This document shows, one piece after another, positions 57,729 through 64,000 of a stretch of DNA of 64,000 bases (the stretch's first letter is position 1; every line of letters begins with the position of its first letter). This DNA is from Macrostomum lignano (taxonomy: Eukaryota), in the NCBI GenBank assembly GCA_002269645.1, contig NIVC01002249.1:124001-188000 (forward strand), read 5' to 3'. Under the pieces are notes generated by a model that did no database searches, was not told where the DNA came from, and saw only the letters and a list, made by a program, of their open reading frames with translations. Both the position numbers and the translations under genes were made by a program.

Positions 57729-60700
57729 TCAGGGCATCGAGGCCGTGTCCCGAGTAGCATCCGTGCAGCGCTGAGAAGCAGTTGCTAATGGCGGCGATGC
57801 AGAAACCGCTGCGGCGGCTGCTGCAGCAGCGGTTGATGAAGCCGCTTCGAAAGCTTCAGCTTCATTGCACAGCATTTGAGCAGGAGATCGAGGTGGCGCT
57901 TCTTGGCACGGTTGCTCAACGGCTAGCCCGGCCTCGGGTTGCTCAAAGAAATAGTTTGAGTTGATATTTGACACCACAGTTGTTTCTGTGTTGCTTTTAT
58001 TCTTGCTTTTATCTGACTTCTTCTGGCTGACTTTCTTTGCCTTCGCCGATTTGTCCGGCTTCTCGGGCTGGTAGTAGTCAGGGAAGGTAGCAAACATTTC
58101 CACTCGGTTGTCGTTGACGTAAATCTCCGTGCAGTTCCTCTTGTACAGTTCGCTGACTGGCTCGTAGATGTCCACCTCCTCAGCTTCTGCAGGGAGGGTG
58201 GCAGGTTGGGGAGGGGTAGCGAGGAGATGCGACTGGCGACGAGATTGGCGATGGAGTTAGCGAGGGAGTTAGTGAGGGAGTTAGTGAGAGAGTTAGTGAG
58301 GGAGTTAGTGAGGGAGTTAGTGAGGGAGTTAGTGAGAGAGTTAGTGAGGGAGTTAGTGAGAGAGTTAGTGAGGGAGTTAGTGAGAGAGTTAGTGAGGGAG
58401 TTAGTGAGGGAGTTAGTGAGAGAGTTAGTGAGGGAGTTAGTGAGGGAGTTAGTGAGGGAGTTAGTGAGAGAGTTAGTGAGGGAGTTAGTGAGGGAGTTAG
58501 TGAGAGAGTTAGTGAGGGAGTTAGTGAGGGAGTTAGTGAGGGAGTTAGTGAGGGAGTTAGTGAGGGAGTTAGTGAGGGAGTTAGTGAGGGAGTTAGTGAG
58601 AGAGTTAGTGAGGGAGTTAGTGAGGGAGTTAGTGAGGGAGTTAGTGAGGGAGTTAGTGAGGGAGTTAGTGAGGGAGTTAGTGAGGGAGTTAGTGAGGGAG
58701 TTAGTGAGGGAGTTAGTGAGGGAGTTAGTGAGGGAGTTTGCGAGGGAGTTAGTGAGGGAGTTAGTGAGGGAGTTAGTGAGAGAGTTAGTGAGGGAGTTAG
58801 TGAGGGAGTTAGTGAGGGAGTTAGTGAGGGAGTTAGTGAGGGAGTTAGTGAGGGAGTTAGTGAGGGAGTTAGTGAGAGAGTTAGTGAGGGAGTTAGTGAG
58901 AGAGTTAGTGAGAGAGTTAGTGAGGGAGTTAGTGAGGGAGTTAGTGAGAGAGTTAGTGAGTGAGTTAGTGAGGGAGTTAGTGAGGGAGTTAGTGAGGGAG
59001 TTAGTGAGGGAGTTAGTGAGAGAGTTAGTGAGGGAGTTAGTGAGGGAGTTAGTGGGGAGATTTATAAGCGAGGGTTTAGCGAGTGACTTTTAGCAGGTAG
59101 GGGAAATTATTTTAGTGAAAATCTACATAGAAATATTCTAAGCCACAAAAAGTTGCATGAGCAGAGCTAGAGAGCTAGACCAGAAACAAAGAGTTAAAAA
59201 AGCAACTCCGTGTCTCACCGTTAGGCACGCCCAGAATCTTGGCCTTGCCAGCGCGTTTGTCGCCGTTGAAGCAGCCGACTGTGTAGCAGAAATCCGCTCG
59301 CCGCTCCAGGCCGAGCCTGGCGAACACGGGCTCGATGATGTCCCTCACGGTGCCGGTGGGCTTCACGAACACCACCATGTTGCTGGACCAGATGTCTTGG
59401 AAGGCAAACTTGTACTTGTCGTTTGCCTGCGAGACATTGTCGGGGGCGGGGGGTTACTTTTGGGTTTCCAGGACCAGGCTGCTGATCCCACATGATTGAC
59501 AAGCTCCTCGATACCTGACAAGATCCTCGATACCTGACAAGATCCTCGATACCTGACAAGATCCTCGATACCTGACAAGATCCTCGATACCTGACAAGAT
59601 CCTCGATACCTGACAAGATCCTCGATACCTGACAAGATCCTCGATACCTGACAAGATCCTCGATACCTGACAAGATCCTCGATACCTGACAAGATCCTCG
59701 ATACCTGACAAGATCCTCGATACCTGACAAGATCCTCGATACCTGACAAGATCCTCGATACCTGACAAGATCCTCGATACCTGACAAGATCCTCGATACC
59801 TGACAAGATCCTCGATACCTGACAAGATCCTCGATACCTGACAAGATCCTCGATACCTGACAAGATCCTCGATACCTGACAAGATCCTCGATACCTGACA
59901 AGATCCTCGATACCTGACAAGATCCTCGATACCTGACAAGATCCTCGATACCTGACAAGATCCTCGATACCTGACAAGATCCTCGATACCTGACAAGATC
60001 CTCGATACCTGACAAGATCCTCGATACCTGACAAGATCCTCGATACCTGACAAGATCCTCGATACCTGACAAGATCCTCGATACCTGACAAGATTCTCGA
60101 TACCTGACAAGATCCTCGATACCTGACAAGATTCTCGATACCTGACAAGATCCTCGATACCTGACAAGATCCTCGATACCTGACAAGATTCTCGATACCT
60201 GACAAGATCCTCGATACCTGACAAGATCCTCGATACCTGACAAGATCCTCGATACCTGACAAGATCCTCGATACCTGACAAGATCCTCGATACCTGACAA
60301 GATCCTCGATACCTGACAAGATCCTCGATACCTGACAAGATCCTCGATACCTGACAAGCTCTTCGATGCCTGAGAAGATATTCGATACGGTGAGAAGATA
60401 CTCAATGATTGACAAGATCTTCGATGACTGACAAGATTCTTAAAGACTGAAAAGATTAACGATGATTGACGAGATACTTGATGACTGACACAAAATCCCC
60501 AATCTCTGACACAAGATCCCCAATCACTAAAACATGATCCATAAAGACTGAGACGGTCTGAAGCCCACCGCAGATTAACCAACCAGCTTACCTTTGGCAT
60601 CGTGCCAAGAGCCTTACCGGCGGCCAATTTCTTCATCTTCTTCCTGTACGCCAGGTAATCTTTCCACCGCTTCTCGGAGTTGTTCTTCTTGAACCGCACG

Positions 60701-62290
60701 GAGAAGCGGATGAGATCCGGGTAGACTGGCACCGGTTCCGCGCCCTTCTTGCCCTTCTTTTTAACTGCTGCGGCCAGGTAGTCCGCTATCTGCTTCTGCC
60801 GCTTCACCTGATCGTTATAGGAGATGCCGTAGTCGACATTGCGCCACCTGTCAATCAAACGCTGAGTCGGATGCTCGTGCGCTTTGATCAGCAAGAAATT
60901 GGTCTCAATGCTGTTTTTGTCAACCTCCTTGAGAGCCATGTTGAGCAGTTTTCGCATGCGCCTGGCGTAGGCAAACGTTTTCTCGTAATCGTCAATCATG
61001 CAGCGATCTGAAGGAGAGTTTACTGAGCTTTTTAATGAAAGAAGTTTTTAGGACACCAGCAGCCTCCATCATCACCTTGCTCCTCGATTATTTCCGGTTC
61101 CTCAATGTATTCGGTGGACACTTTGCCCTCCTCGATAAGTTTGGAGGTGTCGATGATCTCCGTGGGGCGGGACATGGAGTTCTTCACCATGGCGTCAGCG
61201 CCTGGGAGGCAGCGGTTGAGTTTGCAGTGAGATCGGGTCAGATTTAGTTTGATTTAATATAATAATGATAACAATAATAATTGATTACACTTGGCCCAAT
61301 TAGGCCAGATTTGCAACCGACAGCTCAGCCGCAGCTATTGCGCGGCGCATCTGAAGGCTGCGTACGGCTGTTCAGTCCAAGGACTGGGGGGTCGCCACAC
61401 ACCCTCAATTACCCAGCTAATGCTGGCACCCATTTTACAGCTGGGTGAACTGAAGCAATGCAGAGTTAAGTGTCTTCCTCAAGAACACAAACTGTTACAG
61501 TGGGATCGGGAATCGAACCCCCGACCTTCAAGTCCGTGAGTCCGACGCTCTAACCACTAGGCTGCAACCCACAGTTAGATTTAGTTATAGTGGGAGTTAG
61601 ACTTAGAAGCATCCAGTCAGCTCACTGATGAAGATGAGGTGAGATAGGAGATCAAATTGAGGAGGAGGTTGAGAGGCGGATGAGGAGTCCGGCCATCAAG
61701 AGAGCTGAGAAAGCAGACAGACAGGCATATGCGATGGCAACAGTTGAAAAAATGACATGTAATTTAGTAACAATCTTACCTTTTGCAACTGAGCTAGTAT
61801 TTTCCAAACCTGAAAAAGATAATTAGCAATAATTGTAAATGATTAATTCTGCTGATCCAGTATTGCTATAACTCACTCCACACAGTCAGGCGAACTCACT
61901 AGTTCGGTCTGACAGGTCCGACACGACCTCGTAATCGGCTGACGCGCTGTTGCTTGAAGGCAGCGCGGGTCCGCTGGCGCCGCCACCCACTGCAGCCCGT
62001 CTGGCCTCTCGCTTGCTGTTGTTGGTCTGCAAGTCCAGCCGAGTCCTCGCGCTCGACCAGCCGGACGACGGCTCGAAAGTCGACATAGTCAACGTAGACG
62101 TACCTTCGACGAAATCCATGGGCGATTGAAACGTGGGCTCGTCTTGATTTTCGGAAATTTTATCAGCCTCTCTGGCCATCGGCTCGTTCATCCACAGGCC
62201 AGAGAGGCCCGTGTACTTTGATGTTGCCGCCTTTGGCGGCGCGGCGGCGCTGCTGTTTGATGTGGCGGTGGGGGGGGCTTCGGGTCAGAC
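57729..62290 (-). CDS. Hypothetical multi-exon protein, possible ubiquitin-fold Ras-binding-like domain (5' end uncertain)
   Basis: Exons about 62290-61900, 61809-61780, 61201-61076, 61007-60592, 59426-59219 and 58186-57729 have GT-AG boundaries and compatible phases. NMVVFVKPTGTVRDIIEPVFARLGL resembles an RBD. A further exon may lie near 62910-63210. Confidence 0.7.
58250..59055. repeat. 12-bp minisatellite (intronic)
   Basis: GAGTTAGTGAGR; spurious ELVR ORF. Confidence 0.97.
59506..60360. repeat. 19-bp minisatellite (intronic), about 45 copies
   Basis: CCTCGATACCTGACAAGAT. Confidence 0.97.
61283..61570 (-). mobile_element. tRNA-derived CORE-type SINE, copy 3 (intronic)
   Basis: Same sequence as 28481-28772; (AAT)n-like tail at 61258-61282. 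Confidence 0.85.
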
Positions 62291-62399
62291 TGAAATTATA
62301 GTAATTATCTCTAGAACTAGAACCGGTATGAAGTTTGTAATTTAGTTTTACTAGATTGAAAAACTAATAAATACATAGTGTGGTGTCTTAATTTATAGG

Positions 62400-62810
62400 C
62401 CTCACCTTCCTGTCCTCTGGGTCCTCCACTATGCCTCACCTTCCTGTCCTTTGGGTCCTCCACTATGCCTCACCTTCCTGTCCTCTGGGTCCTTCACTAT
62501 GCCTCACCTTCCTGTCCTCTGGGTCCTCCACAATGCCTCACCTTCCTGTCCTCTGGGTCCTCCACAATGCCTCACCTTCCTGTCCTCTGGGTCCTCCACA
62601 ATGCCTCACCTTCCTGTCCTTTGGGTTCTCCACTATGCCTCACCTTCCTGTCCTTTGGGTCCTCCACTATGCCTCACCTTCCTGTCCTCTGGGTCCTCCA
62701 CTATGCCTCACCTTCTGTCCTTTGGGTCCTCCACTATGCCTCACCTTCCTGTCCTCTGGGTCCTCCACAATGCCTCACCTTCCTGTCCTATGGGTCCTCC
62801 GCTATGCCTT
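62400..62810. repeat. 34-bp minisatellite, about 12 copies
   Basis: ATGCCTCACCTTCCTGTCCTCTGGGTCCTCCACT. Confidence 0.93.
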
Positions 62811-63399
62811 TCATTTAAGGCACATATTCTTGTCCTCTGGGTCTCGGCTCTGTCCTAACATGGTACTCAGCCAAGCCTCTGAGCTCTCCCAACTGACTGA
62901 CTCACCTAAGAGCAGGCGGTCTGGCCGCAGCCGAAGAACCCAGCCGATCGCAGTTGCGCCTTTTCAGCATGATCCGAGTCAGAGCTGGCGCAGAATTCGG
63001 TTCAGAAATCAAAGCGGCGACTTGTGCTAGCTGTCGGTTATTACGAGTGCTGAAGCCGTCTTCTTGGTCGCGTTGGAGCATGAACTAGTTGGCAAAGTGG
63101 CCTTGTTGCTGGGCGATTACAATTCCAGGCACGAACTGCGCGGCAAGGTGTTTGAGCTCAGTAACTTGCTCAGGCGAGCCGCACAGCGGCGGAGACCCCA
63201 GCACAGGATTTTTAATGGCCAGCACTGGCCATAGACTATGGGGTTTTATTTCAGAGTAAGGTGATTCTCGCGCTATTTACTAAAGTGCATTTTGATCAAC
63301 AGTCCCCAGACTTTCAGAAAAATGCTGCATGCATTTACAAATAATTGCCTGAATCAGGAAATATAGTCTTGCTAGTGTACTCACAGTGGATGTAATGAG

Positions 63400-63905
63400 C
63401 AGAATGGACTGCTAATCTAGTCTAAATCAGTAAGGAATAGAATGGATTGCTAATCTAGTCTAAATCAGTGAAGGAATAGAATGGACTGCTAATCTAGTCT
63501 AAATCAGTAAGGATATGGCCTAATCTAGCCTACATTAGTGATGAATGAATAGAATGGATTGCTAATCTAGCCTACTTAGTGATGAATGAATAGAATGGAT
63601 TGCTAATCTAGCCTACATCAATAAATGAGGGAATAGAATGGATTGCTAATCTAGCCTACATCAGTGAGGAAATGGATTGCTAATCTAGCCTAAATCAGTG
63701 AAGGAATAGAATGGACTGCTAATCTAGCCTACATCAGGGAAGGAATAGAATGGACTGCTAATCTAGCCTACATCAGGAAGGAATAGAATGGACTGCTAAT
63801 CTAGCTTACATTAATAATGAAGGAATAGAATGGACTGCTAATCTAGCTTACATCAATACAAAATACAATGGCTTAAAGCAATACAATGGACTGCTAATCT
63901 AGCCA
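63400..63905. repeat. ~40-bp minisatellite
   Basis: Core GAATAGAATGGAYTGCTAATCTAG; reverse complement of the 45881 core. Confidence 0.88.
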
Positions 63906-64000
63906 ACACGGGTGCAATGTAGAATATGGCCAAATATGGCAAGGCGGAAACGCGCAGGCAGCGGATTTCCTAATCCTGGAGTGCGCACTGTATCGAACAG

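Noticed and set aside
58250-59055. Interstitial telomere repeat
   Set aside because: Unit is 12 bp (GAGTTAGTGAGG), not TTAGGG or TTAGG, and it lies in an intron.

Overview
Eukaryotic (metazoan) genomic DNA, not prokaryotic: spliced genes with GT-AG introns, AT-rich spacers, many minisatellites and several transposon classes. A spliced-leader-like 41-mer at 28777 matches the Macrostomum lignano SL as I recall it, so the source is probably a macrostomid flatworm (inference). Host genes: RNF146 RING+WWE exon (-), a disrupted F-type lectin domain (+), CDK9 (3 exons, +), a low-complexity hypothetical gene (-), a GT32 DxD glycosyltransferase (+, spread over 13 kb), a type II membrane TNF-ligand-like gene (+), and a multi-exon hypothetical gene with a possible Ras-binding-like domain (-). 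Mobile DNA: a complete 8.2-kb CMC/EnSpm (CACTA) transposon with 35-bp TIRs and two accessory ORFs, lying just past an RNF146 splice donor; a full-length 5.9-kb APE-RT-RNase H non-LTR element (LOA/R1-like) inserted in a 35-bp minisatellite; three tRNA-headed CORE-type SINEs; a TTAA-flanked foldback element; a hAT MITE nested in another foldback; and LINE fragments. Non-coding RNA relics: an orphan spliced-leader copy and a 64-bp 28S rRNA fragment altered at the R2/I-PpoI site. Most long ORFs in the supplied track are tandem-repeat artefacts. Some frameshifts sit in homopolymers and may be long-read errors. All family assignments come from motif recognition by eye; no database searches were run.
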